Origin: a bacterium
Lineage (GTDB): Bacteria > JADJOY01
DNA: 64,000 nucleotides
Reading direction: 5' to 3'
NCBI GenBank assembly: GCA_046331705.1
Contig: JAXLQJ010000032.1
Location: forward strand, 1-64,000
The position numbers were made by a program, and so were the translations under genes. Each line of letters begins with the position of its first letter. Within the stretch, counting starts at the first letter, position 1. This document shows positions 18,704-28,669 of the stretch, one piece after another. The notes beneath the pieces were generated by a model. That model had not been told where the DNA came from, ran no database searches, and saw only the letters and a program-made list of their open reading frames with translations.

Positions 18704-20221
18704 TCAAGGGGATGCGGCGACGATCGACGGGGTGTCCGGCGCCGGCAGCTCACAGCCCACGCCAGCGCGTCCGTACGGCACGCGCAGGATCGAGTTGCCG
18801 ACCCGTACGCCCAGCGTCCGCGCATCGAGATCCGCGGGCGGCAGCTGCGCCAAGGGGGTATCCGCGAAGGGTCCCCAGAAGACCTCGGCCATCACGGGGA
18901 ACCAATCCGCGCGCTCGGGCGGCGCGCGCCCGACCACCGGACGCACCGAGGGATCGTCGATCATGCGCTGGGTGAGCTGCCGCCATTGACAGAGCATCTC
19001 GCGCTTCGCGTCGACGTACGGATCCTCGAAGCGCGCTGCGGCGGCGACGAGCACCAGCGCCGCGAGCGCGCTCGGGAGCGCGCGCAGCCAAGGCTCGATC
19101 CGGCGCCGTGCCCACGCACCGCCGAGCCCGCGCCAGCGCCACGGGAACGCGCCGCTCACGAGCACCGCGACCGCGATCGGGTAGGCAACCTGCGCCTGGA
19201 AGATCGCGCGGTCCAGGTTGACCGGCGCGGTGAGCACGACGTCGACGACGGCCAGTGACGCGAGCGCGACGGCGGTCGCGGACTCGGCGTCGCGGCGGCG
19301 CAGCATCGCCAGCACGGCGCGCAGCGCGAGCACCGCGAGCGCTGCGCGTAGCACCGCGCACGCGACCCACGAATCGAGAAGCGGCGGCGCCAGGAAGCCG
19401 TAGAAACGCGCGTCCAAGGTGCTCGGCAATCGCCACACCAGCGCCGACCACGTCCGCGCCAGCGACTCCACGGAGAAGAGCCCCGAGCTCGCCGTAGGCT
19501 GGTGCGGCGCGAGCGCCAGCGCGTAGTAGACGATCGAGAGCCCCGTGCACGCGAGCAAGGCTTCGACGACACGCCGACCGCGCTCCGCGATCGGCGCCAG
19601 CAGCATCACGGCGAGCGGTAGCGGAAAGAGCAGCGTGGAGTTCTTCGACAGCCACGAGAGCGCGAACAGCACGCACGCCGCGGTCGCGAGCCAGACGCTG
19701 GGCGGTCGCCGGTCGGCGCACGCCCGCAGCGCCACCAGCAGCGTCGCCAGCTCGAAGAGCAGCGCCAGCACGTAGGCGATGCAGCTCGCCCAGCCGGCGA
19801 CCAGCGCGAACGCCGCGGTTCGCGCGAGGTACGCGACGGCGAGCAAGCCCAGCGCCGGACGCCGCGTGGCGTGCGTGACGATCTCGAACGCGAGCGCCCC
19901 GACCGCGAAGAGCAGCACCACTTGCGCGAGATCGAACGCCACGGGGTCGAACCCGACGAGCGCGTGCATCGCCACGAAGTAGACGCGCCAGCTCACCGGC
20001 TGGAAGTACCAATGAACGGGCTCGGTCAGGCGCTCGAGACCCAGCTGGCGAACGCCGTTCAGGAATGCCCAGTCGTCACCCCAGAAGAAGTGGACGGGGA
20101 TGCGCTGATGGACGAGCCAGGCGCCCACGGCGCACGCGGCATGGGCGATCACGCGCGGGATGCGATTCCGCCGCCGATCCACGACCCGCTCCGGCTCGGG
20201 AGACGGCGCGAGCGGCGTCAT
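18704..20221 (-). CDS. Polytopic membrane protein, GT-C-glycosyltransferase-like
   Basis: First TM followed by FFWGDDWAFL..YFQPV; many hydrophobic helices; LSK motif. Confidence 0.6.
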   Translation of the reverse strand: MTPLAPSPEPERVVDRRRNRIPRVIAHAACAVGAWLVHQRIPVHFFWGDDWAFLNGVRQLGLERLTEPVHWYFQPVSWRVYFVAMHALVGFDPVAFDLAQVVLLFAVGALAFEIVTHATRRPALGLLAVAYLARTAAFALVAGWASCIAYVLALLFELATLLVALRACADRRPPSVWLATAACVLFALSWLSKNSTLLFPLPLAVMLLAPIAERGRRVVEALLACTGLSIVYYALALAPHQPTASSGLFSVESLARTWSALVWRLPSTLDARFYGFLAPPLLDSWVACAVLRAALAVLALRAVLAMLRRRDAESATAVALASLAVVDVVLTAPVNLDRAIFQAQVAYPIAVAVLVSGAFPWRWRGLGGAWARRRIEPWLRALPSALAALVLVAAAARFEDPYVDAKREMLCQWRQLTQRMIDDPSVRPVVGRAPPERADWFPVMAEVFWGPFADTPLAQLPPADLDARTLGVRVGNSILRVPYGRAGVGCELPAPDTPSIVAASP

Positions 20222-21402
20222 GGCGCGGCGCGGACCGGCGCGCTCGGCGCGTCCACCTCGCGGCAGCTCTCGGCGGGACGGTCACCCGTCGCGACTGCGG
20301 CCCTGCATGCGATCGCCGCCACCTCGACGTCTGGATCCGTCCGCGCTCGCGACAACGCTTGGCGCGCACCCGCCGAAGAGCTCGCACGCTGGGCGAGCAG
20401 CGCCGCGGCAAGGCGCCGGACTGGCGGCGCGGCCTCGGCGAGTGCCACTCCAAGGGCTTCGGTGGCGCCGTCGCCCATGTCGTCGAGCACCTGCAACGCC
20501 GCCGTCGTCCGGCGATCGCCCGCCGCCGCGACATCGAGCAGTCCCGGCACGCTCGGCGCCCCGATCGCCGCCAGCGCCGCGCCCGCGTGGCCCGCGTCCG
20601 CGGCATCGCCCGTGCGCAGCCGCGCGAGCAGCGGGCCCGCTGCAGGCGCCGCGGCGGGTCCGATCGCCCGCAACGCCGCGGTGGTGCGGCGGAAGAGATC
20701 GGCGTTTCGGTACTCACGCGCCAGCGTGACGAGCGCCGGCACCGCGGGCGCTGCGCGCGGGCCCATGTTCGTCACGACCAGCAATGCCCACGCGCAGCGC
20801 GCGGAATCCACTCCGGTGAGGCGCCTCACGATCGCCGGAGGTGGTGCGGGGGAGACCCGCGCGAGCGCCGCGACGGCCTCGCGACGAACCCATTCTTCGT
20901 CGACGTCCAGCCGTTCGACCAGCGCAGCGACCACCGGCTCGCTGGCATCCGCCGTGCGCCCGAGCGCCCACGCGGCGCTCGCTCGCACCACGGCTGCGGG
21001 ATCGCGAAGCGCGCCCAGCAGATCGGCAACGGCCGGACCGGCCTCGCTGCCGAGCAACCCGAGCCCGATGCACGCTCGTTCCCGCGCGGCCGGCAAGCGC
21101 GCACGCAGCGCCGCGCGCAGCGTCGCGAGCCCGTCACCATGCGCCCGTGCCACCACCGGGAGCGCCAGCTCCCCCGCGAGCCAATCGTCCTCGACGAGCG
21201 CGGCGTGCGCGGCGGCGAGCCGCGAGGGGCGCTCGTCGAGGACCGCGAGCGCTGCCGCCCAGTCGCGATCCCACGAACGGGGATCGGCGGCGGGCGCCGC
21301 CGGGCTCGCGAACGAGAGCGCGCGCAGGCTCAGCCACACCCCGGCGAGCGCCCCGAGCGCCGTGGCGAAGGCGCGCGCGAGGCGTACCGCACAGACCCTC
21401 AA
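20218..21402 (-). CDS. HEAT-repeat protein with an N-terminal hydrophobic segment
   Basis: Repeated units such as L.D....VR..AA.ALG and AVPAL; ATGA overlap with the downstream membrane gene. Confidence 0.75.
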   Translation of the reverse strand: MRVCAVRLARAFATALGALAGVWLSLRALSFASPAAPAADPRSWDRDWAAALAVLDERPSRLAAAHAALVEDDWLAGELALPVVARAHGDGLATLRAALRARLPAARERACIGLGLLGSEAGPAVADLLGALRDPAAVVRASAAWALGRTADASEPVVAALVERLDVDEEWVRREAVAALARVSPAPPPAIVRRLTGVDSARCAWALLVVTNMGPRAAPAVPALVTLAREYRNADLFRRTTAALRAIGPAAAPAAGPLLARLRTGDAADAGHAGAALAAIGAPSVPGLLDVAAAGDRRTTAALQVLDDMGDGATEALGVALAEAAPPVRRLAAALLAQRASSSAGARQALSRARTDPDVEVAAIACRAAVATGDRPAESCREVDAPSAPVRAAP

Positions 21403-21530
21403 GGCGCTCCGCCGCCGGACCGCGAGCGGCCCACCGAAGCGATTCGCCGACCCGCGCGCCGTACCACGCGGTCAGCCGCCTCCCGCCGACCGCCGCACCA
21501 TTCGAGGCCTCGTCCGGCGCTCGGCCTCGC

Positions 21531-22436
21531 TCACGGCGTCTCCGCCAGCACGTCCGGAATCGTGGGTCGCGCCCGCGCCGCGAACGCCAGCACCAGCGGC
21601 CCCAGGATCGAGAGCGCGATGCCCACGCCCCGTGGAAGGTCGAATCGTTCGCCGAAGACCCACGCGGCGGCGAGCATCGGCACCACGGTGGTCACGCCGG
21701 TGCAGATCGGCGTGACCAGCGCGACGCGGCCGTGCGAGAACGCCGCTTGCACGAACACCGTTCCGAGGATCACCCACAAGAGCACGGCGTAGAGCGGCGC
21801 GCTCGACAGCACGTGCAGCCAGGAGCGCAGCGAGCGCAGATCGAGGTGGCCGAGCGCCTCGCCGGCGTGCCAGGTCATCACCTTCATGTAGAGATTCTGC
21901 AGGCCGAAGGAGAGCCCGGCGGCGAGCGACAGCAGGAACTCGACGCTGATCGCGCCCCGCCCCGCCCGCCCGGCGAGCTGCGCCATCGCGATGAGCGTCG
22001 CGGCACCCACGGTGATTCCCGCCAGCGGCAGCAGCGCCGGCCGCAGCGACGTGCTCTCGAGCGGGGAGAGCGACACGACCACGGCCCCCGCGATGCCGAT
22101 GCCCACTCCCACCCACTCCCAGCGACCCAAGCGCTCGCCGAAGAAACCGAGCCCGATGGTCATCGCCCACAGATTGCTGGTGTTGAAGAGCGGCTGCACC
22201 AAGCTCAGATCGCCTTCGGCCATGGCCTGGACTTGCACCAGCCCCCCGCCCACTCCGAGCGCCATCCCCGCCAACCACACCCAGTTTCCGAGCAGGGCCC
22301 GCACGATGGTGCGCCAGCGGTGCAGCAAGGTCCCGAACGCGATCTCCGGGAACTCGCTCGCGACGCCGTGCTTCTGAAGCGAGAAGCCCACGCCGATCAT
22401 GGCGGCGGACGAGAGAGCGAGCACCACGGCATTCAT
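21531..22436 (-). CDS. DMT/EamA-like membrane transporter
   Basis: About 9-10 TM segments; GDLSLVQP, GERL...EW.G, FGE motifs. Confidence 0.85.
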   Translation of the reverse strand: MNAVVLALSSAAMIGVGFSLQKHGVASEFPEIAFGTLLHRWRTIVRALLGNWVWLAGMALGVGGGLVQVQAMAEGDLSLVQPLFNTSNLWAMTIGLGFFGERLGRWEWVGVGIGIAGAVVVSLSPLESTSLRPALLPLAGITVGAATLIAMAQLAGRAGRGAISVEFLLSLAAGLSFGLQNLYMKVMTWHAGEALGHLDLRSLRSWLHVLSSAPLYAVLLWVILGTVFVQAAFSHGRVALVTPICTGVTTVVPMLAAAWVFGERFDLPRGVGIALSILGPLVLAFAARARPTIPDVLAETP

Positions 22437-22510
22437 GAGCGGGTTCCCCGAAGGCGCGACACCGTAGTATTCCTAGGCGATCGTCCGCTGCAACCCGGAG
22501 GCTCTCCTTC

Positions 22511-23389
22511 ATGAAGATCGGACTGTTCGCGGGGCTCGCCAGCCCCTTCGCCACTCGTGACGTGGTGCTCGCGCTGGCGCGCGGCGCCGACGAGCGCGGC
22601 TTCCACTCGATCTGGCTCGGCGAGCACGTGCTGCTCTTCGACGAGTACCGCTCCCGCTACCCGTATTCGGAGGAAGGCCGGCTCCCGGGAAGCGCCGAGA
22701 ACGGCATGCTGGAGCAGTTCACCGCGCTCTCGTTCATGGCGGCGGTCACCAGCCGCATCCGCCTCGCCACCGGCATCTGCCTGGTGCCGCAGCGCAACCC
22801 GATCTACACCGCCAAGGAAGTCGCCGCGGTCGACTGGCTCTCGGGAGGGCGCTTCGACTTCGGCGTGGGCGTCGGCTGGCTGGAGGAGGAGTTCCAGGCG
22901 CTGGGCGTACCGTTCGAGCGGCGCGGCGCCCGCTGTCGCGACTACCTGGCGCTCATGAAGAAGCTCTGGAGCGAGCCCGTCGCCGAGCACGCCAGCGAGT
23001 TCTGGAGGCTGCCCAAGAGCTACCAGGACCCCAAGCCGCTCCAGCAGCCCCATCCGCCCATCCACTTCGGCGGCGAGAGCGACGCCGCGCTCAAGCGTGT
23101 CGCCGACCTCGGGCAGGGCTGGCACGGCTTCTCGCTTCAGCCCGAGGGAGTGGCCGAGCGGCTCGCCGCGCTCGAGCGAATGCTCGCCGAGCGCGGCCGC
23201 AAGCGCAGCGAGATCGAGGTCACGATCTGCCCGTACTTCACCGGCATCGACCTCGACAAGGTCAAGCGCTACCGCGACGCCGGCGTCGACCAGGTCACGA
23301 TCCTCTTCTTCGCACCCAGCCCCGACCTGGTCGAGCCGACCCTCGACTCGCTCGTCGAAGAGATCCTCGAGCCCGCCCGCGCGCTCTAG
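22511..23389 (+). CDS. LLM-class (putatively F420-dependent) oxidoreductase
   Basis: SIWLGEHV, RIRLATGI.LVPQRNP...AKE, GVGVGWLEEEF, PKPLQQPHPPI. Confidence 0.9.
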   Translation: MKIGLFAGLASPFATRDVVLALARGADERGFHSIWLGEHVLLFDEYRSRYPYSEEGRLPGSAENGMLEQFTALSFMAAVTSRIRLATGICLVPQRNPIYTAKEVAAVDWLSGGRFDFGVGVGWLEEEFQALGVPFERRGARCRDYLALMKKLWSEPVAEHASEFWRLPKSYQDPKPLQQPHPPIHFGGESDAALKRVADLGQGWHGFSLQPEGVAERLAALERMLAERGRKRSEIEVTICPYFTGIDLDKVKRYRDAGVDQVTILFFAPSPDLVEPTLDSLVEEILEPARAL

Positions 23390-23425
23390 GGTCGCCGCGG
23401 ATGCTCGTCGCGCCCGTGGTGAGCG

Positions 23426-24595
23426 ATGCGCCCGCATCAACGAATCCTGCTGGGGATCGTCACATTCGGGGTCGCGACAACGGCGTTCGTCGATCCCGCG
23501 GCTGCGTCGCATTCGAGCTCGCCAGCGTCGCAACGCGCTCGCCTCGACCAAGCGGCGCAGCGAGGCGATGACGCGACCGTGCGCGAGCTGATCGCGCAAG
23601 GCACGTCGCTCGACTGTGACGCGTCCGGGTGCCCGATCCTTCACGCGGCCATGGCTCGCGACGGAACAGTCGTACGCACGCTCCTGGAAGCCGGCGCCGT
23701 CATCGACCCCGTGCGCTCGTCGGTGTTGCTGTCGGTCCGATCCGCCGCGGCGGCACGCCTTCTGATATCGCATGGCGCCGACATCGCCGCACGGACGCCG
23801 ACGGGTGATTCGGTCCTGCATCGGGCGGCGTACACCCAGCTCACCGCCCCCCCGCGGCCCGATCTGATTGCTTGCTTGATCCGAGCCGGCGCCGATGTGA
23901 ATGCCCGCAACGCTCGCGGGGAGACCGCGTTGCACACGGCCACACGCGCGTGGTCCCTGGGCGTGATGCGTGTGCTCACCGAAGCAGGGATCGACCTAGA
24001 GGCTCGTGACATCGATGGGCGGACAGCACTCGACGATGCCTACGATCGAGACCGTCTGCTCGTGGCGGAGCTGATCCGCGCTGGCGCCGACGACGATCGT
24101 TCTCGATGGACTCGTGCCACGCAGGCGCTGATGCGGCCGTTTCGAGCCGGGCTGCTCGGGTTGGTCGCAAGACGCGCTGCGCAGAACACGAGCCTGTGGG
24201 TGTGGCTCGCGTGCTGCATCGCGATCGGATTCACGCGTCGGCGTGAGAGACCAGCGCTTCCGTCGCAACCATGGGCTGCGGCGAGCGCTCTCGCCTCGCT
24301 CGCCGCACCCGTGGTGGGGATTCTCGTCTGGGAAGCGACACGCGTTCGCGTCATCCAGGGGTACGTGATCTCGTCGCTCGACTGGGTGACGACTCCCGAC
24401 ATCACCCCGGTCGTCGGTACGGCCGCGGCGATCTGGCTCTGTGCTTGGCTCTGCGCCGTGCCGCTCGTCGATTCGCGCCTGCGCCAACGGCGTCAGCGGG
24501 GAAGCCGGCGATGGCAATGGAGAGACACCATCGACACGATCGTCGTCCTAATCGGGCCGCTCGTCGTCCATCGAGCGACGCTGGCGGCCGGATGA
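23426..24595 (+). CDS. Ankyrin-repeat protein with a signal peptide and C-terminal TM helices
   Basis: GDSVLHRAA, GADVNARNARGETALH, DIDGRTALD ankyrin repeats; hydrophobic C-terminus. Confidence 0.8.
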   Translation: MRPHQRILLGIVTFGVATTAFVDPAAASHSSSPASQRARLDQAAQRGDDATVRELIAQGTSLDCDASGCPILHAAMARDGTVVRTLLEAGAVIDPVRSSVLLSVRSAAAARLLISHGADIAARTPTGDSVLHRAAYTQLTAPPRPDLIACLIRAGADVNARNARGETALHTATRAWSLGVMRVLTEAGIDLEARDIDGRTALDDAYDRDRLLVAELIRAGADDDRSRWTRATQALMRPFRAGLLGLVARRAAQNTSLWVWLACCIAIGFTRRRERPALPSQPWAAASALASLAAPVVGILVWEATRVRVIQGYVISSLDWVTTPDITPVVGTAAAIWLCAWLCAVPLVDSRLRQRRQRGSRRWQWRDTIDTIVVLIGPLVVHRATLAAG

Positions 24596-24649
24596 GCCGC
24601 GCCAACGCGCTACCACGCTGCGGATAATGGAACGCGCCTCAAGGCGCGC

Positions 24650-24740
24650 CGACGAGCGTAGCGAGTCGACTCGGGGGTGGGGCCCCGTCCGAATTCACTT
24701 CGTGAGGGCGGGGCGTGAAAAGCCCCCGAGGGAAAATCGA
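24650..24740. repeat. Nested-hairpin REP/MITE-like intergenic element
   Basis: CTCGGGGG...CCCCCGAG encloses GCCCCGTCC...GGGCGGGGC, which encloses TCAC-TTC-GTGA. Confidence 0.45.
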
Positions 24741-24750
24741 GGAAGCTCTG

Positions 24751-24774
24751 AAACAAGCGCATCGCGCTTGTTTT
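24751..24774. terminator. Hairpin between convergent genes, likely terminator
   Basis: Perfect inverted repeat AAACAAGCGC-ATC-GCGCTTGTTT with A/T ends. Confidence 0.6.
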
Positions 24775-24800
24775 CCAGGGCTACCGCGGCAGCTCGGCGC

Positions 24801-26138
24801 TCAGGTTCGCAGGGCATCGAGGTAGCGGGTGCCGTTGCCTTGGACGATCGCGCCCTCGGTGAGGAAGGCGTCGGACGACGGGCCGCCGATGGCGGGTTCG
24901 AGCTGGCTGCCTTCGTTCCACTCGTTGAACGTGGTGCTCACCACGAGCGGCGCTTCGCCGATGAACGGCCGCACCCAGCGATCCCACGCCTGATCGAGGA
25001 ATAGCGCGCCCGAGTCCCGCTCGCGCGGCACGGTGCAGAACGCCTTGTCGGGGCGCACGCCGCGATCGTTGTAGCCGGGCAGGATCGTCGGCACGAACTC
25101 CACACCCACGCGGCGCGCGGCGTCGCGGTAAGTGACGTAGAGATCGTGGGTGTCCGACAGGAAGCGATCGACTCCCGCGGCGCCGCAGAAGCGGCCGTCG
25201 CTGAAGAGCGGGTTGTAGCTCCACACGGCATCGAACGACGCCATGCGCGTGAGGTTGGGCTCGCGCTCGCCCAGGATGCGCCCGCTCTCGCCCACGACGT
25301 ACCAGTAGACCTCCTCGCCCACCAGGTAGGGATCGAGGCCTTGGCCGCGCATCGCCTCGCGCAGCCGCGCGATGGTGCCGGGAAAGTCCCCGGCGAAGCT
25401 GCGCGTGAGGTAGAGGAAGACCACCGGGCGATCGTCGATGCGCAGATACGAGGGATGCCCGAACACCTCGCGGCCGAGCGTCACGAGGTCGTCGATCAAG
25501 AGCCGCTCGCCCTCGGCGTCGAGGCTCAGGATTCCGGCGCCCGAGACGTCGACCAGGCCCTGCACTTCGTAGAGGATCGCGGAGCGAACCTGACCCAGGC
25601 CGAGGCCCGAGCGGTAATAGTCGAGGACGCGTTCGCGGGCGCGGATCAGCGTCTCGTCGCCCCCCGTTCCCGGCCGCGGCATCGGCCACACGTCGAACAT
25701 CAGGAAGTCGAGACCACCCTGGCGGGCGAACACCGAATGCGCTGCCAGCGTGACCGAGCCCGAGCTGTAGTCGCCGAGCAAGGGCGCGATCGGCGGATCG
25801 AGCTTCTGGCCGTACGTCCCCAGATTCCAGTTCTCGGGAAACCACGAGTAATAGGCGGCACCCAGCGCCGCGAGGCGCGAGCGGCTCTGGAGCGAGCCGC
25901 CGGTGCCGCCGGAACCACCGCCGCCGCACGCCGCGACGAACGCCACCGCGACCCAGGCGGCCGCGACGACGCGACCCACGGGCGGACGGGCTGGCACCGC
26001 GCGGGTGCGCCGATCGATCGAAGCGCTCACGGCGGAATCGGAGGGAAGGAAACCGGAGGGGTGGCGTGAATCGCGCCAGCGAAGAGCACGCGGCGCGCGG
26101 GGGGACGGATTCGTAGCCCGTCTCTTAGACTTCGGCAA
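24801..26138 (-). CDS. GH99/GH71-like glycoside hydrolase lipoprotein (true start probably downstream)
   Basis: VAA-CGGGG lipobox; AAYYSWF, YLRIDDRPVVFLY, PGYNDR, TFNEWNEGSQLEP. Confidence 0.8.
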   Translation of the reverse strand: MPKSKRRATNPSPRAPRALRWRDSRHPSGFLPSDSAVSASIDRRTRAVPARPPVGRVVAAAWVAVAFVAACGGGGSGGTGGSLQSRSRLAALGAAYYSWFPENWNLGTYGQKLDPPIAPLLGDYSSGSVTLAAHSVFARQGGLDFLMFDVWPMPRPGTGGDETLIRARERVLDYYRSGLGLGQVRSAILYEVQGLVDVSGAGILSLDAEGERLLIDDLVTLGREVFGHPSYLRIDDRPVVFLYLTRSFAGDFPGTIARLREAMRGQGLDPYLVGEEVYWYVVGESGRILGEREPNLTRMASFDAVWSYNPLFSDGRFCGAAGVDRFLSDTHDLYVTYRDAARRVGVEFVPTILPGYNDRGVRPDKAFCTVPRERDSGALFLDQAWDRWVRPFIGEAPLVVSTTFNEWNEGSQLEPAIGGPSSDAFLTEGAIVQGNGTRYLDALRT

Positions 26139-26167
26139 CCTCGGACAGCGCGCGGAGAGCCATCACG

Positions 26168-27220
26168 ATGTCGGTCGGCAACTGGGTGGAGATCGTCCGG
26201 ACCTGCAACCTGCAGCCGGAAAAGAAGATGGACGTGGTGAGCAAATGGCTCATCATCGTCCGGGCCTGCGTCTTTCCCATCACCATCCTCTCGGCGGCGA
26301 TCGGTGGGCTCCTGGCGGCCAACGACGGTCGTTTCCACGCCGGCCACTTCGCGCTGGTGACGCTGGCGCTGGTGGTCGCGCACGCCGCCAACAACATGGT
26401 GAACGACCTCTTCGACGTGATCCACGGCGTCGACACGAAGGACTACCACCGCGCCAATTACGCGCCGCACCCCATCCTGGGCGGGCTCACCACCAAGCAG
26501 GGGCTCATCGGCGCGATCGCGCTCTGCAACGTGATCGACCTGGCGGTGGCGTTCTACCTGTCGAGCGTGTGCGGCTGGACCGTGATGGCGTTCGCGGTGG
26601 TGGGGCTCGCGACCAGCGTCTTCTACGTGGCGCCGCCGCTCAAGCTGAAGCACCGCGGTCTCGGCGAGCCCGCGATCTTCCTCATCTGGGGGCCACTCAT
26701 GATCGGCGGCACCTACTTCGTGATGGCGGGCAGCGTGCCCACGCGAGTGTGGCTGGCGTCGGTTCCCTACGGTCTCGCCATCACCGCCTCGCTCATGGGC
26801 AAGCACCTCGACAAGGCGGAGAAGGACCGCGCCAAGGGCGTTCGCACGCTGCCGGTGGTGCTCGGCGATCGCCTCGGGCGGAAGGTCACGCAGCTCATGG
26901 TGTGGGGCTTCTACCTCGGGATCGTCTGGCTCGCGGCGTCGGGCGGTCTGCCGCTCTGGTCGTTGCTGACCCTCGGCACGCTGCCTGCGGCGAGCCGCTT
27001 CATCGAGACGCTCGGCAACGTCGCGCCCGAGACACCGCAGGAAGCCTTTCGCCTGGCGGCCGACGTGATCCCCGCCGATCTCAAGAAGCGGGTGCGGCTC
27101 GACGCACCCGTCGCCGCGTATCCGCTCTGGCCGCTCTGGTACGTGGCGTGGGGGATGTGGTGGGGCCGCTACGCCGGCGGCGCGTTCGTGCTCGGCCTGG
27201 TCATCGCGGCGCTCACGTGA
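26168..27220 (+). CDS. UbiA-family prenyltransferase (MenA-like)
   Basis: NNMVNDLFD...GVD, YVAPPLKLKHRGLGE, HLDKAEKDRAKGVRTLPV.LG. Confidence 0.9.
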   Translation: MSVGNWVEIVRTCNLQPEKKMDVVSKWLIIVRACVFPITILSAAIGGLLAANDGRFHAGHFALVTLALVVAHAANNMVNDLFDVIHGVDTKDYHRANYAPHPILGGLTTKQGLIGAIALCNVIDLAVAFYLSSVCGWTVMAFAVVGLATSVFYVAPPLKLKHRGLGEPAIFLIWGPLMIGGTYFVMAGSVPTRVWLASVPYGLAITASLMGKHLDKAEKDRAKGVRTLPVVLGDRLGRKVTQLMVWGFYLGIVWLAASGGLPLWSLLTLGTLPAASRFIETLGNVAPETPQEAFRLAADVIPADLKKRVRLDAPVAAYPLWPLWYVAWGMWWGRYAGGAFVLGLVIAALT

Positions 27221-27229
27221 GCGCCGGGA

Positions 27230-28546
27230 TCAGGCGCGCACGATCTCGAGCACGGTGATCTCGGACGGGGCGCCGAGCCGCATCGGCGGGCCCCAATACC
27301 CGGTGCCTCGACTCACGTAGAGCCACATCGCTTCCCGTGCGGGGAGGTCCGAATCCGCCGCGGCGCTCGCTCCGCGGGAAATGCGGAAGAGGCCCGCCAC
27401 GTAGGGCGTGACCAATCGCACCGGCAGATGCCAGGGGAAGAACTGGCCGCCGTGCGTGTGTCCCGAGATCTGCAGGTGGGCGCCCAGACGCGCGGCGTGA
27501 CGCGCCGTATTGGGCTGATGCGAGAGGAAGACTCGGAGGTCGGCCGCGGGCGCGCCGCCGAGAGCGGCATCGGCGTCCGCACGGTGTCCCGGCACCATGC
27601 GGCCGGCCATGGCGTCGGTGACGCCGGCGACGAGCACGCGGGCTCCGTCGACCTCGACCAGCCGGTGCTCGTTCACGAGCGGCGTGAACCCGAGTCGCGC
27701 CACCTCGCGAAGCCAGGCATCGGGTCCGCTGTAGTACTCGTGGTTGCCGGTCACGTAGAAGCGTCCGTCGCGCGCCACGATGTCCGCGAGCGGCTGGGTG
27801 TGCTCGCGCAGCGTCGCGACGCTGCCATCCACGAGATCGCCCGTGAGCACCACCAGGTGGGGTTCGAGCGCGTTCACCGCGTCCACGATCGCGCGCACGT
27901 AATCGCTCTTGATGGTCGGTCCGACGTGGATGTCGGAGATCTGCACGATCCGGTATCCCTCGAGCGCCGGCGGAAGCTCCGCGACGGGGACTCGCACCCG
28001 CTTCACCTCGGCGAGCCGCCGCGCCGCCACCAGCCCGAACCCGGTCGCCGCCAGCGACACCACCACGATCCCCAGATTGCCGAACCGCTCGAGCCAGAGC
28101 GCGGAGCTCGAGAAGACCGTCGGGTCGGGCGCGACGAAGCGCGCGTGCGCGGAGGTGTCGGACGCGAGCCGCCACAGGAAGCCGAGCAGATCGCGCACGC
28201 CGAGCATCGGCAGCACCAGGGCCAGGAACCCCATACCGACGTAGGTCACCCAGTAGAACGCGTCGAGACGCCGCGACGGACCGGCGAGACGCGAAGCCAC
28301 GAACGACCCCGGCACGAACACCAGGTGAAGCGCGAGCGCCGTCCACGCCAGCGCCGCGGGCACCAGCGGCAGCTCACTCGCGGTGACGAGGCTGCGGCCG
28401 ATGTAGACGTAGACGGGCGAGAGCAGGACCACCGCGACGCCCCAGAACGCCAGTGCGTGCGGCGCACGAGCGCGCCGCTGCCGCGCCAGCGTGGCCGCGA
28501 TCTCGCGCTCCGTGGGATCGGAAACGTTCGCCTGCGTTGAGCTCAT
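27230..28546 (-). CDS. Membrane-anchored metallophosphoesterase (YkuE-like)
   Basis: N-terminal TMs; SDIH, GDLVD, GNHEYY, SHQP, GHTHGGQ, GTGYWGPPMR. Confidence 0.92.
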   Translation of the reverse strand: MSSTQANVSDPTEREIAATLARQRRARAPHALAFWGVAVVLLSPVYVYIGRSLVTASELPLVPAALAWTALALHLVFVPGSFVASRLAGPSRRLDAFYWVTYVGMGFLALVLPMLGVRDLLGFLWRLASDTSAHARFVAPDPTVFSSSALWLERFGNLGIVVVSLAATGFGLVAARRLAEVKRVRVPVAELPPALEGYRIVQISDIHVGPTIKSDYVRAIVDAVNALEPHLVVLTGDLVDGSVATLREHTQPLADIVARDGRFYVTGNHEYYSGPDAWLREVARLGFTPLVNEHRLVEVDGARVLVAGVTDAMAGRMVPGHRADADAALGGAPAADLRVFLSHQPNTARHAARLGAHLQISGHTHGGQFFPWHLPVRLVTPYVAGLFRISRGASAAADSDLPAREAMWLYVSRGTGYWGPPMRLGAPSEITVLEIVRA

Positions 28547-28669
28547 GCGACCCGACTCGAGCGCCGTCGTGACCGAGAGGTCCACCCGGGATTCCGGCGC
28601 GAAGCGTCGCCAGCATATCCGCAGCACGGATCGCCAGCCCTCCGCGGGCGGCTGGCGCGGGCTCGCGAC

